Shown here one piece after another: positions 1-10,369 of a DNA stretch of 64,000 nucleotides (positions within the stretch are counted from its first letter, which is position 1; the number at the start of each line of letters is the position of its first letter). This DNA comes from Bacteroidia bacterium (GTDB lineage Bacteria; Bacteroidota; Bacteroidia; Flavobacteriales_D; JAUILH01), in contig JAUILH010000004.1 of assembly GCA_030433115.1 (NCBI GenBank), positions 5,516 through 69,515 on the forward strand. Reading direction: 5' to 3'. The notes below the pieces were generated by a model. It did no database searches and had not been told where the DNA came from. It saw nothing but the letters and a program-made list of their open reading frames with translations. The translations under genes were made by a program, and so were the position numbers.

Positions 1-377
1 CCGATCACGGACACCTTGTAATCATGATTTAATTTGCTTGAGCCTTTAACATATAAGACAATCGGACCATCAATACATTGTCCAAGGTTGACGGGGAATC
101 GATCGTCATAAAATAGGACAACGTCAATGTTGTGTTTTTCTGTGAACTCAAGCTCGTATTTTGAACGGTCTAGCGCTTCTGCTCGATTCTTGAATACCTT
201 ATTGGCAAAGACTTCTCCCACATGTTTAACATGCTTGAGATCAGATTTTGAAGCATTAAATATATTTTCCGAGCTTCCAAAATGTGCAATCAAAGATCTG
301 GCTGTTTTGGCTCCAATGCCCTTAATCATGCTTAGAGCGACTGCATATTGCTTTTCGTCGATTTTGATAGTCTTCAC
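1..377 (-). CDS. dprA: DNA-processing protein DprA, N-terminal part (runs off window edge)
   Basis: Not in ORF track. Manual translation from GTG 377 gives MKTIKIDEKQYAVALSMIKGIGAKTARSLIAHFGSSENIF...FYDDRFPVNLGQCIDGPIVLYVKG...KVSVIG, the typical DprA N-terminus leading into the Rossmann domain. Confidence 0.88.
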   Translation of the reverse strand, partial: MKTIKIDEKQYAVALSMIKGIGAKTARSLIAHFGSSENIFNASKSDLKHVKHVGEVFANKVFKNRAEALDRSKYELEFTEKHNIDVVLFYDDRFPVNLGQCIDGPIVLYVKGSSKLNHDYKVSVI

Positions 378-435
378 GATTACTTAATAAATAAAAAAGG
401 TTACCTTAATCCGTTGCAATTTTAAGCTCTCAGAT

Positions 436-2793
436 ATGAAACTATTTACGTTCTGCCTCTTTTTTTCTGTTTTTTCCAGTCTTGCTCAAAACGTGATAAT
501 TTCCGGAAACATCTACGATTACACCACACTTGAATCTCTGCCAACAGCCGGAATCATTCTTGAAAATGCAGGAGGAATTCGCTCAGACTTTGAAGGGCAT
601 TTTGAAGGTGAGTTTCCTGCAGGGACCTATAAAATGAAAGTGAAACTCCCGGGTTATGTGAGCAAAGATTCAACCATTAAGTTAAGCGGTAAGCTCGTAA
701 AATTCAATGTCTATTTAAAGGATGATCAGCTGCAGGATTTAGTAGTGGCGGCAGGAAAGTTTGAGCAAAGTATAGAAGAAGTCAGTGTCTCTATGAACGT
801 GATTAAACCTGCCCTCATCGAAAATAAGGCGACTATTGATTGTGAACAAATCATTGAACAGGTACCCGGTCTAACGGTTCAGGATGGCCAGGTGAGCATT
901 CGCGGAGGTAGTGGATTTGCCTATGGTGCAGGGAGTAGAGTGCTGGTATTGGTGGATGAGTTGCCCTTTTTGTCTGCAGACGCCGGAGACGTTAAATGGA
1001 ATGCTCTGCCTATTGAAAATATTGAGCAAATAGAAATCATCAAGGGGGCTTCATCGGTTCTTTATGGATCATCTGCGCTGAATGGTATTATTAATATTCG
1101 AACAAAATATCCGAGAGAAGAACCGGAAACCAGGGTAAACTTGCACCATGGCTACTACGCTGATCCCAAACGAAAAGAATTGAAATGGTGGAGCAGTAAT
1201 CCATACTATTATGGTGGAAACTTCTACCATATGAGAAAATTGAGCAAAAATGCAGATTTGGTTTTGGGAGGTAATTTCCTTTCATCTATAGGTTACAGAC
1301 AGGGGGAAGATGAGGACAGGATTCGATTTAACGCCAATACGCGCTTCCGTTCCCGAAGAGTGGAGAACCTCTCTTATGGACTCAATACAAACATTCAGCT
1401 GGCCAGGACCGGTGTATTCGTACTATGGGAAACAGATTCGAGTGGATATGTGCCTGCAGGGGGAGCGGATCCAAATGACCCCAATACCACTTTGACTTTT
1501 CAGGACGGTTGGCGTCTCAATTTTGATCCATACGTGAGCTACACAGATGCCAAGAATAATCAACACAACATTAGAACCAGATGGTATAGGACAGACAATC
1601 AGAACAATCAAGGAAGAGGGGCAACAGCCGATTTATATTATGGAGAGTATCAATTTCAAAAATACTACGACTCTCTGCAATTGAATTTAACAACCGGCGT
1701 CAGCTCTTATGCGAATGTTGTTAATTCCGATTTTTATGGCAATCACAAGGGGAAAAATTTTGGCGCATTTGTTCAACTTGATAAAAAATGGAAAAAATTT
1801 AACTTTAATGCCGGTATGCGGGTTGAGTATTTCAAAGTAGATACGGCCGAGACACGTTATCAAATTGGTGAAACAGAGCTGCCAATAGTACCTGTTTTTA
1901 GATCAGGTGTAACCTATAAGCTTTTCGAGCATTCTATTTTAAGAGCAAGCTGGGGACAAGGCTTTAGGTTCCCGAGTATTGCTGAGAAATTTGCGGCAAC
2001 GAACATTGGAACTGTGTCCATTTTTCCAAATACCTCCTTGCAGCCAGAACAAGGTTGGAGTGCGGAGCTGGGCTTCAAGCAGGGCGTTAAAGTGGGAAAG
2101 TGGGCTGGTTACATTGATGTGGCTGCGTTTATAACTCAGTATTCTAATATGATAGAGTTTGTATTTGAAGAGTTTATTCCGGAGGGGGTGGTTCCTCAGT
2201 TATCAGATCCTGATGGGGAGAATTATTTATATGACTTGATTGGTTTTCAAGCTCAAAATTCTGAAGAAGCCCGAATCACTGGAATCGATATGTCAATTAC
2301 TGGAAAGGGGCAACTAACAGACGACTTAAGCATGACCATTTTTGGTGGGTATACCTACATGAATCCAATTACGCTCAATACGGATAGCGCTTATTTAGCT
2401 ACTTTTTCGGACAGTACCACTACTCTGAAATACAGATACAGACATTTGATTAAAGGCGACATCCAGTTCGATTATAAAAAATGGTCTTTTGGGGTGAGTT
2501 CTCGCTATAATAGCTTCATGGAGAACATTGATGAGACCTTCAATAATTTGGTAATTGACTTCAACGGCTTTCCGCTCTCATTGGGAGATCAGGTATTGCC
2601 AGGTTTGCCCGCTTACCGAGCAGCCAACAATCAGGGAGATTTGGTGTTTGATGCCAGAACCAGTTATTCAGTTAATGAACAATTTAAGTTTGCTTTTTTG
2701 GTCAACAATGTCGCGAACAGAGAATATACTGGTCGACCTGGAAATATCAGAGAACCAAGAACTTTCATCGGACAAATAACCCTCAATTTCTAA
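436..2793 (+). CDS. TonB-dependent outer membrane receptor
   Basis: Signal peptide, carboxypeptidase-regulatory-like N-domain, plug motifs (IRGGSG, IEQIEIIKGASSVLYGSSALNGIINI) and a beta-barrel ending in PRTF...TLNF. Confidence 0.93.
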   Translation: MKLFTFCLFFSVFSSLAQNVIISGNIYDYTTLESLPTAGIILENAGGIRSDFEGHFEGEFPAGTYKMKVKLPGYVSKDSTIKLSGKLVKFNVYLKDDQLQDLVVAAGKFEQSIEEVSVSMNVIKPALIENKATIDCEQIIEQVPGLTVQDGQVSIRGGSGFAYGAGSRVLVLVDELPFLSADAGDVKWNALPIENIEQIEIIKGASSVLYGSSALNGIINIRTKYPREEPETRVNLHHGYYADPKRKELKWWSSNPYYYGGNFYHMRKLSKNADLVLGGNFLSSIGYRQGEDEDRIRFNANTRFRSRRVENLSYGLNTNIQLARTGVFVLWETDSSGYVPAGGADPNDPNTTLTFQDGWRLNFDPYVSYTDAKNNQHNIRTRWYRTDNQNNQGRGATADLYYGEYQFQKYYDSLQLNLTTGVSSYANVVNSDFYGNHKGKNFGAFVQLDKKWKKFNFNAGMRVEYFKVDTAETRYQIGETELPIVPVFRSGVTYKLFEHSILRASWGQGFRFPSIAEKFAATNIGTVSIFPNTSLQPEQGWSAELGFKQGVKVGKWAGYIDVAAFITQYSNMIEFVFEEFIPEGVVPQLSDPDGENYLYDLIGFQAQNSEEARITGIDMSITGKGQLTDDLSMTIFGGYTYMNPITLNTDSAYLATFSDSTTTLKYRYRHLIKGDIQFDYKKWSFGVSSRYNSFMENIDETFNNLVIDFNGFPLSLGDQVLPGLPAYRAANNQGDLVFDARTSYSVNEQFKFAFLVNNVANREYTGRPGNIREPRTFIGQITLNF

Positions 2794-4118
2794 TGTTGAC
2801 CTGGCGCGGAAACATATGTGTGTTACTTGTTTTAGCGTCAATGAAACCTTGTCAGGCTCAACAAGCACTTCCAGATATACGGTATGTACAAACGCAACAA
2901 TTGAAAGTTGGTACCAAAATGGCTATTCCCGAGATTTGGTTCGGAGTGTCTCGTTACAGCATGATGGTAAGAACCGAGTCCTCTGATCTCAAACAATTAC
3001 CTCATAATGCCATTGATAGTTTAAAAGTGGTGTACCGTTTTCTTAAGTTTTATCCCCGTTTGAAAGTTGAAATTGGTGTCCATACTGATTGCAGGGGCTC
3101 CGATAAATACAGTGTCAGACTCTCGGGCAGACGCGCTCAAACTTTGGCGGATTCTCTAGTTAGTTGGGGTATCCGAAGAGAGCGGGTAAAGTTCAAAGGA
3201 TATGAAAAAAGTGAGCCTATCATACCTTGTGATGACATAAGCAAAATGAGTGATGTGAAAGATCAGGAAGCCGCTCATCATGTGAACCGAAGAATTGAAC
3301 TAAAGATCCTTGGAACGGATTACCTCACACCAAGCTACTTATACGAAGGTTATAATGGACACAGAGCTATCAACGAGGGGGATGATTTGACTTTCGGAGA
3401 TCAGTTCAAAGTTGTGTTTCCATCTATTTATGATCGAAAAACAATTGAATGGGAAGGCTTGTTAAATAAAATGGAAACATGTGCTACCTGTGCCTATGAA
3501 ATCGTCTGTCCTGAGTCGATTTCTGAAAAAGGAGATTGGAAATTGAGACAATTTAGACGCTTGGTTTATCTGGAGAAAATGAATACGGAAAAGTGCCGTG
3601 TTTCGGTCTCCCCAGACATTGAAGATAGTTTCTTGCTAGTTAAAGTGTCAAATGAACCTTATACCGAACCGTTTCTCATGTTTAAAGGCCAACGAGACAG
3701 CAGATCAATCTTTAAGGATGATACCTTGAAGACTGGTGATGAATTTATTCTTGCCATAGAATATGATTACGATAAAGCCGATATCAGACCAAGATCAAAG
3801 ATCATACTGACCTGGCTTGGAGAGAAGCTGACCGCTTTGGATACGTTTAAAATTATAATTGAGTCTCACACGGACTGCAGGGGCAACGACTATTACAATA
3901 ATCGCTTGTCGCATAGACGCGCTCAATCTGTAACAGAATACTTGTTGGATCAATTTGATTTCCCGGATAATTCAATTCTGCCAAAAGGGATGGGCGAAGA
4001 AGATCCTCTGTCTGAAACATCATGTGAAGAGATTAATCGTCTTCCCTCGGTTGAAGAGAGGGAGAAGATTCATCAAATGAATCGGCGAACTGTGGTGAAA
4101 GTGAAGTTGGCTGAGTAA
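2793..4118 (+). CDS. OmpA-family peptidoglycan-binding protein with two OmpA-C domains
   Basis: Two copies of HTDCRG...LSxRRAQ...G.....P...NRR; signal peptide; start coupled to upstream stop (TAATG). Confidence 0.85.
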   Translation: MLTWRGNICVLLVLASMKPCQAQQALPDIRYVQTQQLKVGTKMAIPEIWFGVSRYSMMVRTESSDLKQLPHNAIDSLKVVYRFLKFYPRLKVEIGVHTDCRGSDKYSVRLSGRRAQTLADSLVSWGIRRERVKFKGYEKSEPIIPCDDISKMSDVKDQEAAHHVNRRIELKILGTDYLTPSYLYEGYNGHRAINEGDDLTFGDQFKVVFPSIYDRKTIEWEGLLNKMETCATCAYEIVCPESISEKGDWKLRQFRRLVYLEKMNTEKCRVSVSPDIEDSFLLVKVSNEPYTEPFLMFKGQRDSRSIFKDDTLKTGDEFILAIEYDYDKADIRPRSKIILTWLGEKLTALDTFKIIIESHTDCRGNDYYNNRLSHRRAQSVTEYLLDQFDFPDNSILPKGMGEEDPLSETSCEEINRLPSVEEREKIHQMNRRTVVKVKLAE

Positions 4119-4133
4119 AAACAACTTCAGAAA

Positions 4134-4160
4134 CAACCTGCCAGCACATTTGTTCGTCAA
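4134..4160 (+). promoter_or_regulatory. Possible ECF-sigma promoter (AAC-N17-CGTC)
   Basis: caacc at 4134 and cgtc at 4155, just upstream of the ATG at 4169; motif match only. Confidence 0.35.
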
Positions 4161-4168
4161 TGAGTTAG

Positions 4169-5818
4169 ATGACCAGAATAAGCTCAGTCATATTATTGTC
4201 TGCCATAACTCTGTTCTCATTTGGACAGAATCAGGATTCCCATTGGATTTTTGGAGACATGGCTTGGTTGGATTTTTCCTCCGGGACTCCGGTTAATCAG
4301 GGCTTAGGTCCTTTTTTTATTAATGAAGGAGGCAGTTCTATCGCGAATCAAAATGGTGATTTGTTATTTACCACAGATGGCGAACATGTCTATGATAGAA
4401 ATGGAAACTTAATGCCATCAAGCGGCAGTATTAAAGGCCATTCAAGTTCAACACAATGTGCTTTGATTGTCCCTATGCCAGGAGATCGTTACGATCAATT
4501 CTTCTACATTTTTACGGTTTCGGCAGAGGCAGGGAACTATACACCTATGCATACTGGTTTGGAATATGTGATGGTGGATATGAGCCTTAATATGGGGCTG
4601 GGAGATATCGTTGGACCAAGTACTCAGTTAGTTCCAAATACCGGTGAGAAATTACACGCCACATGGCATTCCAATAAAAGGGACGTCTGGGTGCTAACGC
4701 ACAGTATGGATTCTGATGAATATCATGCATTTTTAATCACTTGTGATGGGATAACAACTCATGAAATCAGTGCCACCGGGTTGGTTCATTCCAACACGCC
4801 ATTTGGTGAAGGCTGTATTGGTAGTTTGAAACTGTCACCAGACGGTTCTAAGGTAGCTTGTTCATACAATGAATTAGCCCCAAATGGATTTAATTTTATC
4901 AATCATCTTGAAGTGGGAGAGTTTAATACAAGTACCGGAGCAGTGACAATAATCGAAGATGTAGTCAAAGATTTTAATGCTGCAACACAAGGTTATGGTG
5001 TTGAATTTTCTCCCGATAACAGCAAAGTGTATTGGACAATATCTAATAACGGAGCTACGCTATTTCAATACGATTTATCTAATCCTCCATTATCGACTAC
5101 CGAATATGTGGTGAGTAGTAATAATGCAACAGGTCTTCAGTTAGCCCCAAATGGAAAAATTTATGCAACAGGTTTTCTCGGTACTAGTGATGTTGCTGTA
5201 ATTGGTATTCCAAATGTTGCCGGAGTGGGTTGCAGTTACTCGGGGCAGGGAGTTGTACTTACAGGTAAGTGTAGGTTTGGTTTGCCCAATCAATGGATGT
5301 TTCCATATCCTACCCCCGATTACAATTTGGACACTCTAAATTTGTCGTTTTGCCAGAATGGAGAACTTGAACTCAACGCGCCGCAAAGTATGCCAGAAAA
5401 TCTTGTCTGGAGTAATGGTAAGTCAAACTCAAGCATATATGTTAATGATACCGGTCTGTATTGGGTAACACCACGATTTTGTAATGAAGATACAACCTTT
5501 TTTAAGGTGGAGCCTGATGAGTTTTGCGTTTGTGAACTCTTTATTCCTAATTCATTTACACCAGATGGAGATGGAATAAATGATGAGTTTAAGGTTAACA
5601 GTTGGTGTGACCTGAAAGATTACCAATTGCAAATTTTTGATCGATGGGGCCAATTGGTGTTCGAATCTAAGAACCAATCGGAATCCTGGAACGGACAAGT
5701 AAGAGGGAAATACGCTTCTAGTGATGTATATGTTTGGAGGGCTGTTTGGACGGATCCATATACAAACGGTCCCAAATCCAACCATATCGAAATAGGACAC
5801 ATTACGCTTCTAAGGTAA
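4169..5818 (+). CDS. T9SS type B (gliding-motility-associated CTD) secreted protein with beta-propeller-like N-terminus
   Basis: Signal peptide; C-terminal FIPNSFTPDGDGINDEF...IFDRWGQLVF...WNG...GHITLLR. Confidence 0.9.
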   Translation: MTRISSVILLSAITLFSFGQNQDSHWIFGDMAWLDFSSGTPVNQGLGPFFINEGGSSIANQNGDLLFTTDGEHVYDRNGNLMPSSGSIKGHSSSTQCALIVPMPGDRYDQFFYIFTVSAEAGNYTPMHTGLEYVMVDMSLNMGLGDIVGPSTQLVPNTGEKLHATWHSNKRDVWVLTHSMDSDEYHAFLITCDGITTHEISATGLVHSNTPFGEGCIGSLKLSPDGSKVACSYNELAPNGFNFINHLEVGEFNTSTGAVTIIEDVVKDFNAATQGYGVEFSPDNSKVYWTISNNGATLFQYDLSNPPLSTTEYVVSSNNATGLQLAPNGKIYATGFLGTSDVAVIGIPNVAGVGCSYSGQGVVLTGKCRFGLPNQWMFPYPTPDYNLDTLNLSFCQNGELELNAPQSMPENLVWSNGKSNSSIYVNDTGLYWVTPRFCNEDTTFFKVEPDEFCVCELFIPNSFTPDGDGINDEFKVNSWCDLKDYQLQIFDRWGQLVFESKNQSESWNGQVRGKYASSDVYVWRAVWTDPYTNGPKSNHIEIGHITLLR

Positions 5819-5979
5819 ACTTGAATATCATATTGAAGGCGGAATTCAATACAAGTTATTGTGTTGCTATTGAGAAGTTTAGTTCGGTTTTTTATAAGCT
5901 GAACATTGTATTTATAACGGTTTATTGTTTTACTAATTTCTTTGGTTTGGAGACCTTCGCATCATAAAATGATGTGATT

Positions 5980-7050
5980 ATGAAGAATACAGTAATTATA
6001 GGTTCGGGTTCCTGCATTCCCAATAATGAAGTGGATAATCTGGAATTCGTTGAAAACCCATTTTATTTTGAAGATGGCAGAAGAATTCAGGACGACAATC
6101 ATGTGGTGATTGAAAAGTTCAAAGAAATTACAGGAATTCAATCGAGACGCTATGTTGAAGATGAACAGTCCAACTCCAAAATTGCCTATATAGCAGGGAG
6201 TAGAGCGATTAGAAACGCAGACATTGATCCGGAAACAATTGACATGATCATTGTGGCACACAATTTTGGAGATGTCATCAAAGGATCACATCAAACCGAT
6301 ATTATTCCAAGTTTGGCCTCAAGAGTAAAGCACCAATTGGGGATAGAAAACCCAAATTGTGTTCCTCACGACATAGTTTTTGGATGTCCGGGATGGGTCC
6401 AGGCTGTCATTCATGCTCATTTATTCATGAAGGCAGAAGCCGCAAAAAGATGTTTGGTCATAGGTTCTGAAGTGTTGTCGCGAATTCTCGATCCTTTTGA
6501 CAGAGATACCATGATTTTTGCTGATGGCGCTGGTGCAGTTGTTCTGGAATCCAAGGAAGAATCGAGTCCAAGAGGTATTCTGTCGCATGCAACCTTATCA
6601 CACACAAAAGAGGAATTAAATTACCTCAAATTGGATAAAAGTTACAACCGATTTTCCGATGATGATAACCGCTATGTGAAAATGCAAGGCAGAAAAATCT
6701 ATGAATACGCCTTAACAAAAGTGCCGGCAGCCATGAAGGATTGTCTGGAGAAAAGCGGTTTATTTCATACTGATTTGGATAAAATATTGCTGCATCAGGC
6801 AAATGAAAAAATGGATGAAGCCATCGTAAAAAGATTTTACAGAAAATTTGGTGTGCGAGAAGTGCCTGAAAATATTTTGCCAATGACAATCGAGCGTCTT
6901 GGGAATAGCTCTGTGGCCACCATTCCCACTATGTATGATTTAATCGTGAGAGGTAAACTGGAAGGTCATAATATACAAGCAGGAGATCAGATTTTGATGG
7001 CGTCTGTTGGGGCAGGTATGAATATTAATGCCATTGTCTACCAGGCTTAA
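5980..7050 (+). CDS. 3-oxoacyl-ACP synthase III (FabH-like)
   Basis: Cys-His-Asn triad in FGCPGW, LLHQAN and LGNSS; FADGAGAVV; SVGAGM. Confidence 0.9.
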   Translation: MKNTVIIGSGSCIPNNEVDNLEFVENPFYFEDGRRIQDDNHVVIEKFKEITGIQSRRYVEDEQSNSKIAYIAGSRAIRNADIDPETIDMIIVAHNFGDVIKGSHQTDIIPSLASRVKHQLGIENPNCVPHDIVFGCPGWVQAVIHAHLFMKAEAAKRCLVIGSEVLSRILDPFDRDTMIFADGAGAVVLESKEESSPRGILSHATLSHTKEELNYLKLDKSYNRFSDDDNRYVKMQGRKIYEYALTKVPAAMKDCLEKSGLFHTDLDKILLHQANEKMDEAIVKRFYRKFGVREVPENILPMTIERLGNSSVATIPTMYDLIVRGKLEGHNIQAGDQILMASVGAGMNINAIVYQA

Positions 7051-7076
7051 TTGACCTAAAAATGTAACTTAGGGGC

Positions 7077-7790
7077 ATGAGAACATTGGGTGTGATTCCT
7101 GCTCGATATGAGTCTTCAAGATTTCCGGGAAAACCTTTGGTAGACATCAGAGGGAAGTCCATGGTCCAGAGAGTTTACGAACAAGCTAGTTTGTCTATTT
7201 TGGATGAGGTAGTTGTCGCCACAGATGACGACCGCATTTTTCAGCACTGCGAAGAAAAAGGGCTGAATGTCGTCATGACGGCTAAAGATCACCAAAGCGG
7301 TACCGACAGATGCGCGGAGGTAGCTAAAAATTATCCGGCTCAAGTAGTGGTGAATGTGCAGGGCGATGAACCTTTCATTGATCCCTCACAAATCAATGAC
7401 CTCATAAACCTCTTCGACGATGAATCTTGTGATATCGGTACTTTAGTGAAGCCATTGGAACAAGGTCATCAAGATATTGAAGATCCTAACAAGGTCAAAG
7501 TGGTTCTGGCCGTGAATCGTGCTATGTACTTCAGTCGTTCTGCTATTCCATACAAAAGAAACCATGATGCGGCGGTGCCATATTACAAGCACATTGGTTT
7601 GTATGCCTATAAATCGAGGGTGTTGAGTGAAATTGCTCTATTGAGTCCGAGTAAATTAGAGCAAATAGAGTCTTTGGAACAGCTCAGGTGGTTAGAGAAT
7701 GGGTATGTCATCAAGGTAAAAGAGACGACCTTGGAAACGCCAAATGTAGACACGCCAGAAGACCTTAAAAAGCTGCTGGAAACACTTTAG
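7077..7790 (+). CDS. kdsB: 3-deoxy-manno-octulosonate cytidylyltransferase
   Basis: IPARYESSRFPGKPL, SGTDR, VNVQGDEP, KHIGLYAY, ESLEQLRWLENG, VDTPEDL. Confidence 0.96.
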   Translation: MRTLGVIPARYESSRFPGKPLVDIRGKSMVQRVYEQASLSILDEVVVATDDDRIFQHCEEKGLNVVMTAKDHQSGTDRCAEVAKNYPAQVVVNVQGDEPFIDPSQINDLINLFDDESCDIGTLVKPLEQGHQDIEDPNKVKVVLAVNRAMYFSRSAIPYKRNHDAAVPYYKHIGLYAYKSRVLSEIALLSPSKLEQIESLEQLRWLENGYVIKVKETTLETPNVDTPEDLKKLLETL

Positions 7791-7821
7791 ATTGTCCAAT
7801 TAAATCCTATCTTTGTGGAAA

Positions 7822-8874
7822 GTGGAATTAGCTGCTCACATAAAAGATTTGTTGTTAGAACACGATTGTGTGGTTGTGCCTGAATTCGGTGGCTTTATAG
7901 CCAATTATGAACCAGCACAACTCAATAAGGAAACACACGTCATTCAGCCCCCGTCAAAGCGCGTTTCTTTCAACAAAAAATTGACCTCAAATGATGGTTT
8001 GCTTTTGCAATCAATTCAACAAAACAATGACTTGAATTATACGGATGCCCTTTCATTTGTGAGAGAAACAGTTCTGAACTGGAACAACGTGCTCAACAAT
8101 AATGGCAGGGTGCAGTTACCAGGTGTTGGCGTAATTTTTAAGGATAAAGATGCCAATTACCGATTTAACCGAGATGCCAAATCGAGTATGTCATTGTTTA
8201 GTTATGGTTTGCAAACTGTGGCCCTGAAGCCAATAATAGTTGAAGAGGAAGTAGAAGAGCCCAGGGTAGTAGCTATCGAGTCAGGGAAGGAGGCTGTTAA
8301 AACGTCCGGAAGATCTAAATGGAAGTATGCGGTGGCTGTAGCTATTTTGTTGCCGGTTGCTTTCTATTCTTATTGGATTCCGGTTCAGTCTGGCGCAACT
8401 GACAGAGGCTTTGTAACCGCTGCTGACTTCAATCCGTTTTCATCCGAGAAAGCCAATCACTCAGAGGTGGCGCGCTATGAAAAACGACCGGTGTCGGATG
8501 CGCTTGAGTCTGTTGAAATGCCAAAACTAGAACCAATTTCTAAGGAGTTGGCTATTGGAGACAGAACTTTCAAAGTGGCATCCACTGAGGCAACATCCAC
8601 TAAAGTAGTTTTACCCGAAACGGAGTCTGTTGAAGTAATTACCACAACTAACTCTGGAAATTACCATGTAATTGCAGGTTGTTTTTCCAAAATTGAAAAT
8701 GCTGAAAATCAAGTAGCAGCGTTCAAAGAAGCTGGCTACAACAGTTATATATTGGATGTAGTCGGTGGCTTGCACAGAGTGTGTGTACAATCATTGAATA
8801 GTAGCCTTGAAGCTGGTAAGGTTAAGAGAGCCGTTCTCAACTTGGGTAAGAGTGCCTGGATTCTAAAACGCTAG
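7822..8874 (+). CDS. HU-CCDC81-like domain / TM / SPOR-domain protein
   Basis: N-terminal LLLEHDCVVVPEFGGF...SFN..L..NDGLL, one TM helix, C-terminal SPOR (YHVIAGCFSKIENA). The listed TTG lies inside a TATCTTTG promoter (7808-7815), so GTG 7822 is the likelier start. Confidence 0.85.
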   Translation: MELAAHIKDLLLEHDCVVVPEFGGFIANYEPAQLNKETHVIQPPSKRVSFNKKLTSNDGLLLQSIQQNNDLNYTDALSFVRETVLNWNNVLNNNGRVQLPGVGVIFKDKDANYRFNRDAKSSMSLFSYGLQTVALKPIIVEEEVEEPRVVAIESGKEAVKTSGRSKWKYAVAVAILLPVAFYSYWIPVQSGATDRGFVTAADFNPFSSEKANHSEVARYEKRPVSDALESVEMPKLEPISKELAIGDRTFKVASTEATSTKVVLPETESVEVITTTNSGNYHVIAGCFSKIENAENQVAAFKEAGYNSYILDVVGGLHRVCVQSLNSSLEAGKVKRAVLNLGKSAWILKR

Positions 8875-8891
8875 GATTTTGTGGTCCATGT

Positions 8892-9203
8892 TTGGTGATG
8901 AATTCGCCTGGTGATACACATAAAACTTTTACAAATCTTTTATCAGTTCTATTAATTGTTTCATGCGTCTTAGTTAAGATTATAAATAGCCGCTATGGAG
9001 ATGGTTATGATGGAACCTTCGCTTCCTCAGCAGTTGTTCCCTTGTATGTGCCCGCCCATTATTGTCTTTCAATGATTATTTTGATTACGACCATAACGGG
9101 ACTTGTTGCTAAGTCTGATAAAAAAATCCTGAACCCATACGCTACAATAAGACTTCTGCTGTTGCTTTTAGTCTTGCTTGCCCCGATAATATTTCTGCTC
9201 TAA
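8892..9203 (+). CDS. Small hypothetical membrane protein (about 3 TM)
   Basis: Fills the intergenic gap and has hydrophobic segments; no recognisable motif. Confidence 0.45.
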   Translation: MVMNSPGDTHKTFTNLLSVLLIVSCVLVKIINSRYGDGYDGTFASSAVVPLYVPAHYCLSMIILITTITGLVAKSDKKILNPYATIRLLLLLLVLLAPIIFLL

Positions 9204-9217
9204 TTTCTCCAGAAACA

Positions 9218-9760
9218 CTAGGACTGTTTTCTTTCCCGGCTGTTCTTATACATTCTCACAGCAATGGTTAGGGCTATTCCAAAACACAAAAAACCTACTA
9301 CGCCCCAAATCCAATTCATACCATCTTTCATCACCACAGTAAATACAATGGCAACCAGGAAAATGGTCGCTACTTCATTCCATAACCTCAATTTGAATGA
9401 GCCATACTTAATGATGTCTTTTTTAAACTGCACCAACATGCGTTGAATAGAAATGTGGTAGAGAATTAAACCGAAAACCAGTCCCAATTTCACGTGCATA
9501 AAAGGCATTTTAAGTAAATCCGGTCTCAATACAATCATCCAGGTTCCAAAAATGGCTGTGAGAATCATGGCGGGCCAACCAATGATGTACCATAATCTTT
9601 TCTCCATTAAGGTGTATTGCTTTTTGAGAATTGATCTTTCAGGTTCTTCCTTGTCTTCCGCTTCCGCGTGATAAATGAACAGGCGTACTATGTAGAACAA
9701 AGCCGCGAACCAGGAAACCACAAATATGATATGTAATGAGAGTATCGCCGTGTAACTCAT
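9218..9760 (-). CDS. hemJ: Protoporphyrinogen IX oxidase HemJ (CopD family)
   Basis: LHIIFVVSWFAALFYIVRLFIYH, MEKRL, KLGLV, RLWNEVAT. Confidence 0.88.
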   Translation of the reverse strand: MSYTAILSLHIIFVVSWFAALFYIVRLFIYHAEAEDKEEPERSILKKQYTLMEKRLWYIIGWPAMILTAIFGTWMIVLRPDLLKMPFMHVKLGLVFGLILYHISIQRMLVQFKKDIIKYGSFKLRLWNEVATIFLVAIVFTVVMKDGMNWIWGVVGFLCFGIALTIAVRMYKNSRERKQS

Positions 9761-9844
9761 GGCACAAAAGTAGACTTTAAACCATTATTATTGTCAGAAG
9801 CATGTCAAGGTGATTATCTTTGTCACAAAATAAAACTGAAAAGG

Positions 9845-10369
9845 ATGAAATCCACGAAAGCCAGTGAAACCTTGTCTATTTCCACACATTTTGTGTTGCC
9901 TAACGACACCAACATGCTCAACAATCTATTTGGGGGGACTTTAATGGCCTGGATGGATGAGATCGCAAGTATTTCTGCACACAGGCATTGTAGACGTGTG
10001 GTAGTGACAGCTTCCGTAAACAACGTGTCTTTTCGTTCTCCTATTTCCTTAGGCGCAATGGTTACTTTGGAGGCTAAAGTGTCAAGAGCATTTACAAGTT
10101 CCATGGAAGTTATTGTAGATGTATTTGTAGAACACCCTTCTACCGGAGAAAGAACCAAGTCCAATCAAGCTATTTTCAATTTTGTGGCGGTGGACCAGGC
10201 AGGCAGACCGATTGAAGTGCCGGCACTGGTTCCTGAAACTGAGAACGAAGAGTTGAGGTTTCAAGCAGCTTTGAGAAGAAAGCAATTAAGTTTGGTGTTG
10301 GCAGGAAAAATGAAACCAGAGCAAGCTACCGAGCTCAAAGCTTTGTTTGTGAGTGCTGGTGAAGAATGA
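9845..10369 (+). CDS. Acyl-CoA thioesterase (hotdog fold)
   Basis: VLPNDTNMLNNLFGGTLMAWMD, VVTASV, FVAVD; TATCTTTG promoter at 9815-9822 supports ATG 9845. Confidence 0.92.
   Translation: MKSTKASETLSISTHFVLPNDTNMLNNLFGGTLMAWMDEIASISAHRHCRRVVVTASVNNVSFRSPISLGAMVTLEAKVSRAFTSSMEVIVDVFVEHPSTGERTKSNQAIFNFVAVDQAGRPIEVPALVPETENEELRFQAALRRKQLSLVLAGKMKPEQATELKALFVSAGEE

Noticed and set aside
127-387. 86-aa plus-strand ORF in the track
   Set aside because: Antisense shadow of dprA, which is the recognisable gene on the minus strand.
3470-3515. CATC motif in the OmpA protein as a haem c site
   Set aside because: CxxC is followed by Ala rather than His.
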